Shown here piece after piece: positions 1-12,981 of a stretch of DNA of 64,000 nt (the stretch's first letter is position 1; every line of letters begins with the position of its first letter). Where the stretch lies: NCBI GenBank assembly GCA_951406725.2, contig OX597826.1, forward strand, positions 22,630,001-22,694,000, in the 5' to 3' direction. Both the position numbers and the translations under genes were made by a program. This DNA comes from Octopus vulgaris (lineage: Eukaryota). The notes beneath the pieces are model-generated. The model saw nothing but the letters and a program-made list of their open reading frames with translations. It was not told where the DNA came from and did no database searches.

Positions 1-1125
1 TCCTATTATATATTTTTGACCCCTAATACATTCACTTGATTAATACCATTTGATTTACCCCATTTAATAAGTATTATGCCTACTCATAATAAGTGATAGA
101 CTTTTCTCTAAATTGTATAAATTTTAGAACTATAATTTCTCCTTTAATCCAACGTATCAAAGTACTCAGAACCTATCAGCTAATTATAATGTTGATGTAT
201 ATTAGTTTTATAAAAATCTCTGCATTCCCTATGAGTGTATAACCATTTGACATTAACCTAGTTTTCCTAATGCTAAATATGTTTACCAAATAGTAATAAT
301 TGGCATTGTAATGTGACAATCCTTTTCTATCTACCTAAATTTCTTTATATTGATCAAAATAAAAATAAAAACATGAGGCGAAGGATTCAGCGGTACATAT
401 GTTTCGGGCCTTTATTAGACAGATTTATAACAAAGCATAATGTATGTCTGTGGCCTTCTTCACAGCTGCGCACAACAGCTTCCACAAGGACATGTGTTAC
501 ATCAAAAATTCTTGGTTGGGGATGCAAATCCTCTCGTTCACGTACGACATAATGCGGCAGCAGCATAGAATTGAAGAGTCCATCTCTTTCTTCTCTCAAT
601 GTAGAATGAGGAAACTTGGATGTTGAGGTAATGTAAATAAATAAATACGTATATAGAGGTATGGAACTTTGACATCTCTTTCACCACTATTTCTATAAAT
701 AGAAAATCTTCCTTGTCTCCTTTCATTTGTCCATTCTTCTCAGAACCTTCTAGCAGTTCATAGCAACTGAATATTATTCAGTCAGTTGATAAACTCCACT
801 ATCTTAAATGTTCTTAAAATTTAAATCCACATCTTTGTCTGTATATCTACCTTCTCTATAATGTTATCACTTGACATGAAAATTATGTTTTAATGGAAAA
901 CTTCTATTAATGGCTGATAAGTGCTCAGCATTTTAAAATTGTTGTAATACTTACAACATTTAATAAAATGATGTAGTGCGAAACGATCGTACCAAATTAC
1001 CGAAGTTATTCTTGTTGCTTATTTTGATTATAATCACCCCATTGATTTATATGGATAACACCATACAAAATTCTGGTGCATCTAACTTAAGTACCATAGT
1101 CATTTGAATCTAAATTTTGCTGAAT
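1..1125 (+). mobile_element. PLE 3' UTR/pLTR remnant ending near (TA)n; homologous to 11460-11897 + 15896-15980
   Basis: Shares blocks (e.g. acatctttgtctgtatatctaccttctctataatgtt) with the GIY-YIG-bearing copy at 10.9-16 kb; carries an HHR motif at 908-999. Confidence 0.7.
908..999 (+). ncRNA. Type I hammerhead motif, probably inactivated (core CTGATAA: G8A without C3U)
   Basis: taatgg-CTGATAA-gtgct...agtgc-GAAA-cgatcg-TA-ccaaatta. Confidence 0.7.
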
Positions 1126-1141
1126 TTATTTATATATACAA

Positions 1142-1186
<45 letters not shown>

Positions 1187-1187
1187 A

Positions 1188-1269
<82 letters not shown>

Positions 1270-1270
<1 letters not shown>

Positions 1271-1885
1271 CGTTTTAGTTAGTTAGTTAATTTTTGGGCT
1301 CAAAAAGCAAAAAGCAAGGCCATGTAGGGGGACATGGAATTAAGTACAGGGTGGTGTTCATGTAAAGAGTTCAGGCCATTTATGGTCAAGGGAGACTTTG
1401 AACCGAGCGGTCGTCGACATCTTCACTATCTCGTCTGGCAGCTTATTCCGCGGATCCGCAACCCGGACGGAGAAAGCTCCTCTCCTTCGATTGAGATGAA
1501 ATCGTCGCAGATAGAGCTTTTCGGAGTGACCCTGCAGCCGACGCTCTGGAGCAGGAGTGAAGAACAGCTCTTTCGAGAGGTTACACTTTCCGCTTATGAT
1601 GTCGTGAGCAAGAATGAGATCACCACGGCGTCGTCGTTTTTCTAGAGAATAAAGGTCGAGCGTCTTCAGCTTTTCTTCATAAGACAAATGCTTGAGACCA
1701 AGAACCATGCGGGTAGCCAATTTCTGGATTCTTTCGAGATGCTGTATGTCTTTGAGGAGATAAGGAGAAGAGGCTTGAATCCCGTACTCCAATATGAGTC
1801 TCACCAGCGTGACATAGAGCGGTAGGAATATGGCTGCTGTGAGCAATCCGAATGACCGTCGAATCAAAAACAGAACTCCGCGTGC
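1270..1885 (-). mobile_element. CR1-group LINE 3' fragment (RT C-terminus) with (TAAC)n tail
   Basis: C-terminal part of ORF 1358..2389: [13 protein letters not shown]...[10 protein letters not shown]...[14 protein letters not shown]; the N-terminal part of that ORF is microsatellite. Confidence 0.85.
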
Positions 1886-2020
1886 TTTATATATACACAT
1901 ATATACATATATATAGATACATATATATATACATATATATATACATATATATACACATATATATATACATATATATATACATATATATATATATGCATAT
2001 ATATATACATATATATAAAT

Positions 2021-2070
<50 letters not shown>

Positions 2071-2109
2071 TATACATATATATGTATATATATATACATA
2101 TATATATAC

Positions 2110-2189
<80 letters not shown>

Positions 2190-2193
<4 letters not shown>

Positions 2194-3175
2194 AATAAAT
2201 AAATAAAACATATGCATATATACATACATATATGTACGTACCTACCTCTACATGTATATATACATGCATATATGGGTACAGGACACAAAAAAAACGTTGA
2301 ACACAATGAGAAACGAAAACATAAACATAAACACAAAACCGAAGAAATGAACATTTTTTTAAACAACGAAAAAATAGAGTACAGGACATACAAACAAGGA
2401 AAATTCCCCCTCTTCAGTCGCCTCAATTTCATCTACTCCACGTTACGAAGGTCAGGCGATACATGACTTCAATGAAATTTTCCTTCCCGCGGAAATCAAA
2501 TTAAATATAATTTGAGATTTTTTTGCGGAGGGGTAAAAATGGTAACACAAACAGGACAGTAACGACAGTACAAAATATAAACAGGGCAACGGAGAATAAC
2601 AGTAACACAAACAAGGAGGGCTGTTAAACCAAACGAGATAAAATTACAAAAATTTTTTTTTTTTTTACGAACGCTATTATTTGGGATCGGCAGAGCAACA
2701 GATTTTGGGGAAGCTGGAGAAGAAAAGACAGAAATAGGCATCTCATCACGTGACCGCGACGGGACGGAGGAGGAGTAAGATAAAGGGAGAGAAAAAACGG
2801 GGACGGTGGTAGAGAAAAGAATGAAGAATGAGAAAGAGAGGGAGAGACAGTGAGGTAGAAGAAAAGGAAAGCCAAAAAGAATGAAGGCTGAGAAAGGGAG
2901 GGGGAGAGAGAAAGGTTAAGAGTGCGCATCAGTATTAATATTAAGAACAATCTTACTTAGAAATGGATGCGTGCGTTCAGTCATATATAAATAAATAAAT
3001 AAAACATATGCATATATACATACATATATGTACGTACCTACCTCTACATGTATATATACATGCATATATGGGTACAGGACACCAAAAAAACGTTGAACAC
3101 AATGAGAAACGAACACATAAACATTAACACAAAACCGAAGAAATGGACATTTTTTAAACAACGAAAAAATATGCA
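2190..3175 (-). mobile_element. Non-coding repeat with ~190-bp terminal direct repeats (2190-2370, 2985-3170); probable PLE pLTR partial tandem, related to 62705-63840
   Basis: Duplicated block catatgcatatatacatacatatatgtacgtacctacctctacatg...; degenerate HHR-like remnant at ~2425-2480 on the - strand. Confidence 0.5.
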
Positions 3176-3266
3176 CATATATATATATACACACACAGAC
3201 ACAGACACACACACACACACATACACACACACACACACACGCACATACATATATATATATATATAT

Positions 3267-3449
3267 CACCTTGATCACCTTGACTGACCAGTCCGTCAGG
3301 CGTCCATTTGACACCGCTGGTCACAGCACGCTGTCCACTCCTCTCTGGATCGCGCCTTTCTCATCCACGTGATCCCAATCGTCCTCCTGAAATAGTAACT
3401 CCACCGTCGTGGAGGTCTTCCGGGTGGTCTTTTCCGCTCACGCGGGTAC
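3267..3449 (-). mobile_element. RTE-clade LINE 3' end
   Basis: Minus strand reads YPRERKRPPGRPPRRW...WMRKARSREEW (RTE-type C-terminus), followed by a (caaggtgat)n tail. Confidence 0.75.
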
Positions 3450-5414
3450 AACTCGACAACAATACTAACAGCATCAACAATATTAATAATGAAAGTAGGG
3501 TTATAGAACCAAATGATAGTGTAAAAATACCGATAAATGATAATACTACTTTAGATAATAACATTAACTACAATAATGATAACATTATTTTAGATAACAG
3601 CATCAACAATATTAATAATGAAAGTAGGGTTATAGAACCAAATGATACTGTAAGAATACTGATAAATGACAATACTACTTTAGATAATAATATTAACTAC
3701 AATAATGATAACATTATTTTAGATAACAGCAGTAACAAAAATTATGAAAAATATACTCGTACTGTTTCGAGTAACAGTAGTATGAGACTTCTATCCTCGA
3801 ATTATTCCACTTCAAATTATAATTCCCCTAGATGTAACTGCAGAATTAAATCAAAATGCCCGGCGCCTGGTTTATGCGGGTTAAATAACATAATCTACAA
3901 ATGCTCCATAACCACATATAATAATAAATTCACTTATGTAGGATGTACCGTAAATTTTAGGAAAAGAATGAGCAATCATCTATCCTCCTTCAGATTACGT
4001 CATAAAGCTTTCTAGTAAAATTTGGGAACTAAAAAACAATAATACCAAATATAACCTTAATTGGGAATTAGTTAGAAGAGCGATACCCTATAAAAATAGC
4101 AGAGTAGGTTGTCAACTTTGCTCCATGGAAACATTTGAAATGCTAATGTATAGAAAAAATAATGATATTTTATTGAACAGCAGGATTGAACTGGGAATTT
4201 CTTGAATCCACGCTCGGACTAAGACTCTTAAATATTTTAAATGATGTTTTAATTGATAACAGTATATATTAAAATCACTTTATATAAAATCACTTTGAAT
4301 AAAACTTTACTCCTACATATTATATTATATATTTAATTAGACAGCTACGATCTAATTAGCTATGATTATATTCTCTCTCTAACTGTACTAGATGATACTC
4401 ATTGATTTAAGTTAAATGATTTAATTCTTCATTCTATTAGACTATGTAGATAATTTAAATTATTTCTCTCTAATTCTTAGTCTATTTTAATTTAACCTAC
4501 TTATAGGAAATTAGTTAGTTAAACTTCTTAGTTATTTTACACTAATAACTAATTCTGCTAATCCCAAACCTATAATATAATATAATTTAATATAATAGAA
4601 CGGTTTCATTAGAAAATAACTCCATTTTCTTTTCTTTTCTTCTGACCTCTCATTGTATCCCCATAACCTGACAATCTATTAATAGTAACATTAATAAATA
4701 AAGAAATAAATTAAATGAACCCCGTTCGAATTTTGCACCAAATACGCTAAGATGTTTTCTTATAGTAACAACTTTTGACCCTCCCTTTCATCTTCCCATT
4801 TCCTCTTTATATAGCAATTAATAGCAGTAGTTGGTCAAATTCAACTTTCTTCCTTTAGCTCTGTGATTCTTGTAGATTTCGATAGTAGCCTGTTCGTATC
4901 CACTATAAGGCTGTCGCTACGCTTATTCCTCGGATTATAATACAGCAGTTTTCAGAAATTTCGCACGATTGTATCCAAAATTTCTTCACATAGCTTGATT
5001 AACAATTTACTATGAACTATATATGAACAAGCACATATTCTGTGAGTTCGATACCTCTCATCAGATCTCCAGGAATCAAACTTTCTTCAATACGGATAAA
5101 CTCACACCCTCACTTTTATCTTCACTTTCTGGAAAACTAAGATGTTTTGAAAAAACTTTTTAATAACCTGATATATGACTGTGTAACACTAATTGAACTC
5201 TTAGAAACCAATATGTTATCTAAATTCTCATTTTTATAGAATTTTGATGTTTCACGAGTGTAACATTAATCCCTTTCATGTTTGGGAATCTCGGATGTTT
5301 TTTCGGCTGATGAGTACGAGCCATCTATATTTAATGCAAATTTGTAGCTTTATTAAAGATGTCCTCGTACGAAACAATTGTACCGATATATTGATCCATT
5401 CTTGTTGCTTTTTT

Positions 5415-5417
<3 letters not shown>
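3450..5417 (+). mobile_element. Naiad-like PLE 3' part: Asn-rich segment, CxCx5C linker, disrupted GIY-YIG endonuclease, long 3' UTR with terminal HHR
   Basis: CNCRIKSKC, IIYKC...TYVGCT; continues after a frameshift as IWELK...CQLC...RIELGIS*IH; 129-bp tandem duplication at 3466-3730. Confidence 0.8.
5303..5386 (+). ncRNA. Type I hammerhead ribozyme, canonical core
   Basis: tcgg-CTGATGA-gtacgag...ctcgtac-GAAA-caattg-TA-ccga; predicted cleavage after A5382. Confidence 0.85.
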
Positions 5418-5470
<53 letters not shown>

Positions 5471-5474
<4 letters not shown>

Positions 5475-5681
5475 ATACAAACAAGAAAGCACAAAAAAAA
5501 ACACAACAACGCGAGGACGTGGAACAAATATAGTATTATTGGACGCTCAGGAAAGAAGGAAAGAAAGAGGGTTTAACGTTTCGAGCGGAGCTCTTCGTCG
5601 GAAACATAGGAGAAGGAAAGATCCAGAGAAGGGAAGACAGAGGAAAAAAAATCGCCAACGGTACACACGCGGTCACACACA
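5471..5681 (-). mobile_element. Short PLE pLTR-type repeat anchored on (TA)n, with minimal HHR at 5571-5605; second copy at 62471-62675
   Basis: Minus strand: gttt-CCGACGA-A-gagc-tcc-gctc-GAAA-cg-TT-aaac. Confidence 0.65.
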
Positions 5682-5683
5682 TA

Positions 5684-6951
5684 CGAGGGGCGTTCAATAA
5701 GTAATTCCCCTGACCCACTTCCCATAGCAGTAGAGCAACGACACGGCACAGTTATTAGTCTTTTCCTACATAGGAACTATCCAGAGTTATGCATTTCTCC
5801 CATCGTTTGATACAGCTCTGGAGACCGTTTTTGTAGAAGACCCCAGCTTGGTCCTCCAACCACGACGTGACTTCAGAAATCAAGGCTGCATCATCTGGGA
5901 AACGCTTTCCTTTCAAAATCAACTTCATGGCTGGGAAGAGGTGAAAATCAGAGGGTGCAAGGGGAGGAGTTCATAGCTGCACGCCTGTGCTTCTGATCTG
6001 GCGATACGCGAGTTGTGGACCGGAGCGTTGTCCTGCAGGAGGAGGATGCCTTTGCTGATCTTGCCCCGCTTCTTGATTTTGATAGCTTCTCTTAATTTCC
6101 TCAAAAGTGAAGCATAATAGGCTCCTGTAATTGTGGTACCCTTTGCCAGGAAATCTGTCATCACTACTCCGTCCTGGTCCCAGAAGACTGTAAGCATAAC
6201 CTTGTCAGCGGAGGGCTGCACCCTTGCCTTCTTTGGAGGAGGTGAGTCACGGTGCTTTCACTGCATTGACTGGGCTTTGGTCTATGGATCATAGTGATGG
6301 ACCCAGGTTTTATCCTGTGTGATCAGTCTTTTGAAACATTTTGACTCATCTTCTTGGCACATCTCCAAATTCATCCTCGAGCACTCAACGCGTTCTTGCT
6401 TCTGGAAAGGTGTGAGCAACCTGGAAATCCATCTGGCAGACACCTTTTGCATATGCAAATGGTCATGAATGATAGTTTCCACAGACCCGGTACTAATCTT
6501 GACCTTATGGGCTATTTGGCGAATAGTTATGCGTTGACCTTCCAAAATGGCAGCCTCAACTTGACGGACAGACGTCTCATCAACGGCAGAAGGGGGCGAC
6601 CAGATCTGGGAGCTGTTTCCACAGAGTTCCGACTATGTTTGAATTCACAATGCCAGCGTTTTACAAGGTCATATGATGGGGCATCATCACCATAAGTTAC
6701 TTTCATTTCATCAAAAGTCTCCCGTGGTGTGCGTCCTTTCAAATACAAAAACCAGATCACTGCTCGACACTCAACAGGCTCCATTTCACACTTGACTCAG
6801 TTCAAACACCTGTAAATCAGAACCCACTATTAGTTCAGAGCTGTAATTCGCCACTTAATCTATAGAGGTATAAATAAGTGCACATGCAACATTTCAGCTA
6901 GATGAAACAACTGCAAGTGGGTCAGGGGTATTACTTATTGAACGCCCCTCG
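5684..6951 (-). mobile_element. Mariner DNA transposon, ~1.27 kb, frameshifted transposase
   Basis: TIRs cgaggggcgttcaataagtaa.../...ttacttattgaacgcccctcg; TA TSD; ORFs 6527..6784, 6282..6545, 5925..6221 with ITQDKTWV and LLQDNAPVH; YSPDL motif partly deleted. Confidence 0.95.
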
Positions 6952-7109
6952 TATATATATATATATATATATATTTGAGTAATTGAATGAATTATCTTCG
7001 AAAGATAACCGATACCTGGGTAGCAAATTCACATCAGAAAGAACACGGTTGAAGCTACGTCCCTAAGGCATAGACTACGTGTCTTCGTGCGGAAATTTGT
7101 ATGTTAATT

Positions 7110-7504
7110 TTAAAATTATAAGTATATGAAAGAATGGAGTTGAACGACTAGTTAACAAATATCCTTTATTCTCGACATATGTTTCGAAGGCTGCATATGC
7201 CTAATTCCGAAGGAATAAGGAGTACATTATGCAGATTTCTCTTCAGGAAAATCAAGGAAACTTATGTCGACATCAAAATGCACAAAAAACTTTTAGCTGA
7301 CCGCTCTCCTTGAGAGCGGTCAGCTAAAAGTTTTTTGTGCATTTTGATGTCGACATAAGTTTCCTTGATTTTCCTGAAGAGAAATCTGCATAATGTACTC
7401 CTTATTCCTTCGGAATTAGGCATATGCAGCCTTCGAAACATATGTCGAGAATAAAGGATATTTGTTAACTAGTCGTTCAACTCCATTCTTTCATATACTT
7501 ATAA

Positions 7505-7510
<6 letters not shown>
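7110..7510. repeat. Palindrome with 199-bp arms and a 3-nt loop (7309-7311); one HHR per arm
   Basis: ...ccgctctc-ctt-gagagcgg...; the arms are reverse complements by inspection. Confidence 0.95.
7362..7458 (+). ncRNA. Type I hammerhead ribozyme (mirror copy at 7162-7258, - strand)
   Basis: tccttgattttc-CTGAAGA-gaa...ttc-GAAA-catatg-TC-gagaataaagga. Confidence 0.85.
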
Positions 7511-7559
<49 letters not shown>

Positions 7560-7565
<6 letters not shown>

Positions 7566-10540
7566 ATCCCGTTCTTGAGAAACCTTGTTGCATGCAATCA
7601 AGCCTTATGTATAGCACTTACGGAAACACACCTGAAACCGGACATAGCAGATGCGGAAATACACATACCAAATATGTTGTACTACGGACCGACAGAAAAG
7701 AAAGGAGTCATGGAGGAGTTGCTATGTACATCTGCGAGGACCTCACACCCCAGGTCCTTTTGTCATACTCAAATTCGGTGTGAGACACACTAATTGTACA
7801 TGTAAAGCAACTTGGTGTAGTTATATGTCCTACATATCACCCTCCAGATGCCCCATGCCATGTAGGCAAGTTTGAAGATTGCCTTATAAAAATAGAAGTT
7901 CTAGTCACATTAGAACAACACATAAGTGTACTTCTTAGGGGAGACTTCAATCTACCAAACGTCAGATGGCCCGAGGGCCTTTCTCTCCCAGGAATGACAC
8001 GATGCGAACGAGGACAGGCGAGGTCGCCCCTGAATCTCATCAACACTCTGAACATGGAGCAAATAATACTCCAACCAACCAGGGCAGGTAACACACTGGA
8101 TCTCTGCTTCACAAATAATATGGATCTCATCCATAATGTGAAAGTGACACCGACACTACTCTCGGATAACAACATGGTAGAGCTGACCATGTACGGGCCA
8201 AAGGAAAGCATGGACATGCAGTCTACAAGAAACTCTCAGAATCTTTCTAGCTTGAACTTCCATAAGGCAAACTGGAAACAAATTGAGAAAGAGATCCTCA
8301 AACAAAACTGGCCTGAATGTCTCTCCTCACCAAACATCGACATGAAACTTCAACAATTCATGTCTGTAATGCAAGCCATATGCTACAAATGTGTCCCAGA
8401 GAGAAAGGCCACTGTACACAAGAACAAAATCCCCAGAGAGAGGAAAATTATAATGAGACGGCGTACAAAAGTTTCAAATCGCCTAAACAAACAAATTGAA
8501 AGCAGTGAAAAGTCCCGCCCGAAAATAAAACTGTTGGAAATTGAAAAATGTCTGCAACCCTCCCATGAAAAGGAAAGAGCAAAGAAGCCTGGGCTATAGA
8601 CAACATAAAATCTAACCCCAGAGCTTTCTACAGATATGCCAAAGAAGCAGCTACGGTGCACTGTAGGATAGGGCCTCTCCTTGAAAAGGATGGCACACTC
8701 ACAGGAAATCCAATGAGGATAAGTGAAATACTGAATGAGCAATTGAAGAGTATTTTCACTCCACCCCTAGGGCATTTTCAAGTCAGCAATCCAACTGACT
8801 TCTTTACCACTGCAGATATAAAATCAGAGGCAGCGATGATTGATTACATCAATATAAAGGAAGACGATGTAATAAAGGCTATAGATGAAATGAAAACAAA
8901 CTCAGCTACTGGCCCCGATGGATTTCCAGCAATCTTTCTAAAAGTATGTAAGAGAGTCCTAGCAAGACCACTGCAGTTCCTCTTTCAGAGCTTCCTTGCA
9001 ACTGGCAAACTTCCAAGAAAACTGAAGGAAGGTAAAATATGCCCTATTCATAAAGGAGGTAGCAGAGCGGAGGCCAAGAACTACAGACCTATCTCTCTGA
9101 CCTCACACATCAGCAAGGTCATGGAACGAATAGTCAGAAGGAAACTAATCACCTTCCTTGAAGAAAATGGCTTGCTGCCTGACACCCAACATGGTTTCCG
9201 ACCAGGAAAAAGCTGCCTAACTCAGCTCCTGCAGCACTATGACTGGGTGCTGAAACGACAGCTCAACCACTCAAATGTGGAAATCATATATCTCGACTCT
9301 GCAAATGCCTTTGACAAAGTCGATCATGGAATGATATGTCACAAACTGCGTGACCTTGACATAGTTGGAAAATTGGGAGAATGGCTTCATGACTTTCTGA
9401 AGGATAGAAGTCAGGTGGTAGTAGCCAATAGGGCCACCTCCAATAACACGCAAATAGTGAGCGGTGTTCCGCAAGGAACTGTTTTGGGACCACTACTGTT
9501 CATAATGGCCCTCTCAGACATGCCTTCAGCCACGCAGAGAGCCACGATCACAAGTTATGCAGATGATACAAAAGTTTCACAGGCAATACAGAACCCTGAA
9601 GACACTATGCACCTCCAATGTGAGCTGGACAAAATAGACAAGTGGGTTGAAAAGAATAGCATGCAGTTCAATGCTGAAAAGTTTCAAGTTTTATGCTATC
9701 AGCATGCAAAACTAAATGCAATACCCAATAAATACACTGGACCTGGAGGGATTGCAATCCCAGAGGCAGAATCATTGCGAGACCTGGGTATTTACATGAG
9801 TGATGATGCAACCTTTCATGTACATGTTGCTAAGTTGGCAATGAAATGTAGGCGGCTGACCGGATGGATTCGTAGAATCTTTAGAACAAGAGACCAGGAA
9901 ACCATGATGGTCCTCTGGAGGACACTTATCCTAAGCCACTTTGACTATTGCTCTCAGCTATGGTCACCATCCAGTGTCAATTAATTACAGAACTTGAGGC
10001 GATCCAACGAAGCTACACGAAGAAGATAGCCTCTGTGCAGCATATAAGCTACTGGGAAAGACTCAAGAGATTAAGATTCTACTCCTTAGAGCGTAGGCGA
10101 GAAAGAAATGCAATAATATACATCTGGAAGATCCTAGAAGGACTTGTCCCAAACTTTGGCATCGAGAGTTACACAAATGCTAGAACTGGGCGTCACTGTA
10201 TAGTGCCAATGACTCCAAATTTGCCATCAAGATGTAGGACAAGATACTGTGATAGCCTGGGCTTCAGAGGCATACAGCTCTTCAATATCCTCCCGAAGAA
10301 CCTGAGGGACCTGCATGGGGTGTATGCAGATGTCTTTAAAATAAAACTGGATCTCTTCCTGTCAGGTGTCCCAGATGAACCAACTTCACTGCAGGACGTG
10401 CAGATGAGGGCAGCTGCATCGAACTCTTTCATGCACCAAATGACAATTGCTAAAAAGCATTCGCGAAGTAAAATCGTGTAGCAACACCAAATGGCGGTGC
10501 CCCAGCATAGCCTCAGCTCGTGAGCTGAAACTAGATAAAA
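7560..10540 (+). mobile_element. CR1-group LINE ORF2 (APE + RT), 5'-truncated, with stops/frameshifts and 3' stem-loop tail
   Basis: IALTETHL, GDFN, PTRAGNTLDL, SDNN (APE); GPDG, NYRPISLTS, QHGFR, GVPQGTVLGPLLF, YADD (RT; ORF 8656..9984). Confidence 0.95.
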
Positions 10541-10876
10541 TAAATTTAGCAACATGCACATGAAAGGTTGCATCATTACTCATGTAAATACCCAGGTCTC
10601 GCAATGATTGTGCCTCTGGGATTGCAATCCCTCTAGGTCCCGTGTATTTATTGGGTATTGCATTTAGTGTTTGCATGCTGATAGCATAAAGCTTGAAGCT
10701 TTTCAGCATTGAACTGCATGCTATTCTTTTCAGCTCACTTGTCTATTTTGTCCAGCTCACATGGAGGTGCATAGTGTCTTCAGGGTTCTGTATTGCCTGT
10801 GAAACTTTTGTATCATCTGCATAACTTGTGATCGTGGCTCTCTGCGTGGCTGAGGGCATGTCTGAGAGGGCCATTA
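10541..10876 (-). mobile_element. Inverted RT fragment of the same CR1-group family
   Basis: Diverged reverse complement of ~9503-9835 (LNAIPNKYTGP...DLGIYMS). Confidence 0.85.
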
Positions 10877-10894
10877 TATATGTATATATATATC

Positions 10895-11897
10895 TAGTCG
10901 TTGTTCAGTCCAAAACGTAATTTATAAATGCACGATCATAACCTCTAACAATAGCTTTCTTTATTTCGGATGTTCGGTGGATCTTAAAAGACGTCTTAAC
11001 AATCATTTTTCCTCTTTTAGACTAAAACATAAGGCAGGTTGCACAACACTATCTAGCAGAATTTAGGAACTAAAAACAAACAATATAGGATTCAACCTAA
11101 AATGGGATATAGTTAGAAGGGCGAAACCTTATAGAAATAGTAAGGAAGGTTGTCAACTTTGTTCGAAAGAAACTTATGAAATTTTAAAACGTCAGAGTAA
11201 TATAAATCTGTTAAATAATCGTCTGTAGTTGGAAGTATCTTGTATACATTCCACAACCCGAACGTTTAAATACTTTAAATAAAAATTGTGAGTATTCCTT
11301 ATATTTTTCAAATCTTAACTTTTTATTATAATAATAATAAGAAATATACTATGCTAGCTTTCAATTTAACTTTCATAGATGACTAAGAAAACTTCACTGT
11401 AAACTTGAAATTGGAATTTTTTCTAAATCTAATCTAGTTTTAAAATTAATAAGGCTTTCCCCCAGTTATAAAATACTATGCCAACTCATAATAATAAGTG
11501 ATAGGTTTTTCCCCTACTCTCTGTAAAGGGGATTAATGACTATTTGACATTGACCTAGTTTCTCTCACCAAATAGCAGTAATTGGCATTTTGTTAGTGGC
11601 AACTACTGTCTTCAACTTGAATTCCTTTTATATTATTCTGTAACCTCCTTTACCCCATTCCTACAACTAAAAAATCTTTATTACTTCTAACCTTATAGCA
11701 GTTAGATACAGCCATAGCTTGGTCAGTCAGTGGTTGGACTTTACTACCTCATATGTTCTTAAAATTTAAATCTACATCTTTGTCTGTATATCTACCTTCT
11801 CTATAATGTTGCTACTTGATTTGAAAGCTTTTATATTAATGGAACACCTATTTAATTGGCTGATGAGCACTCAGCATCTTAAATCTGTTGTAATGCT
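10895..11897 (+). mobile_element. PLE GIY-YIG endonuclease remnant (10900-11281) plus 3' UTR; continues at 15896-15980 beyond the Gypsy insertion
   Basis: NVIYKCTII...LYFGCSVDLKRRLNNH...CQLC...SCIH; 5' half of HHR at 11853-11871. Confidence 0.8.
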
Positions 11898-12216
11898 TGT
11901 GGTGTAATGATGAAGGAGTGTGACGGGACGGGTGGGAGCGGAAGTGATGCTTACAGGTCTTGCAGGGCGCATGCGCCGGCGGAAGCGGAAGCGACGGACT
12001 CAACGCACGTGCGGCATCGACCGGTTGCGACAGACCCCAGCAAGGCGCCGAGACGACGAGACGCGAGCAAGTTGGCTGAAGGCCATCCGACTTCATCCCC
12101 AGTCAGGTAAGACCTTATCGCACTTCTGTTTCCTTTTTCCTTGTTCTGTTGTGCTCCTTTCATCAACCACAAGCTATCTCGGCAATTCGTCAGCGTTCAC
12201 ATTTTTTTTCAACACG

Positions 12217-12981
12217 ATGTCTGCAAAAATTAGGATCGCCAGTGACGTCGTCAGACCTTTTAACGGCGAAGGCGATGTAGTGGCCTGGATTCAGAAAATC
12301 AGGCTGGTGGCGAGACTGCAGGGCATAAGCGACGTGGCGAGTCTTATTGCCCTGTATTTGGAAGGAAGTGCGTTGTCGCTTTACCTAGAGATGGATGAAA
12401 AAGAACGGCTCTGCGATGGGAATATAGAGCGGCGCTTGTGTGACGCATACACGGAATGCGAGTACACAGCTTTCGCTAAGCTGGGTGCAATCAGGTGGAC
12501 GGGAGGCCAGGTGGATGATTTTGCATCGGAAGCTAGAAGGCTAGCGACTCTGGCCGGGTTTGCCGGAGAAGGACTGGAGAGAGCAGCACGACTGGCATTC
12601 GTAAATGGGTTCCCCGATGATGTAGGGATTCACCTACAACGACTGCCCGGGGTCAAAAAGATGCCATTGAGCGAACTTGTAACTCATGCTCGCGGGTTGA
12701 CGAGACACTCGGGGCAGAAGGGGATAGCGATGGCGGTGACGGAGGCGCGTAAAGACGGACGACGTCCCGAGAAAGAGGTACGGAAGCCCACCGTGCAACG
12801 AGAGCGGCCGTTCTCAGGACGATGTTTTAAATGCCAGGGACCGAACATGGCGCGGGACTGTACGCAGCCGGGGCCCGTTTGCTATCGATGCAGGCAGACA
12901 GGGCACATTGCCCGTGATTGCGGCCAGGGAAACGACCGCGGGGAAGTTGCTGCCTCTCGAACTTTCCCCTCAAACGAGTAG
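12217..12981 (+). CDS. gag: Gag with zinc knuckles
   Basis: MSAKIRI...PFNGEGDVVAWI; CYRCRQTGHIARDC plus a degenerate CFKC knuckle. Confidence 0.85.
   Translation: MSAKIRIASDVVRPFNGEGDVVAWIQKIRLVARLQGISDVASLIALYLEGSALSLYLEMDEKERLCDGNIERRLCDAYTECEYTAFAKLGAIRWTGGQVDDFASEARRLATLAGFAGEGLERAARLAFVNGFPDDVGIHLQRLPGVKKMPLSELVTHARGLTRHSGQKGIAMAVTEARKDGRRPEKEVRKPTVQRERPFSGRCFKCQGPNMARDCTQPGPVCYRCRQTGHIARDCGQGNDRGEVAASRTFPSNE

Noticed and set aside
5040-5070. CTGATGA on the - strand followed by GAAC
   Set aside because: No GAAA, stem III or stem I partner; not a complete hammerhead.
11920-12216. N-terminal extension of the 353-aa gag ORF and LTR-encoded ORFs
   Set aside because: Starts at a non-ATG codon within the GC-rich LTR; gag more plausibly starts at ATG 12217.
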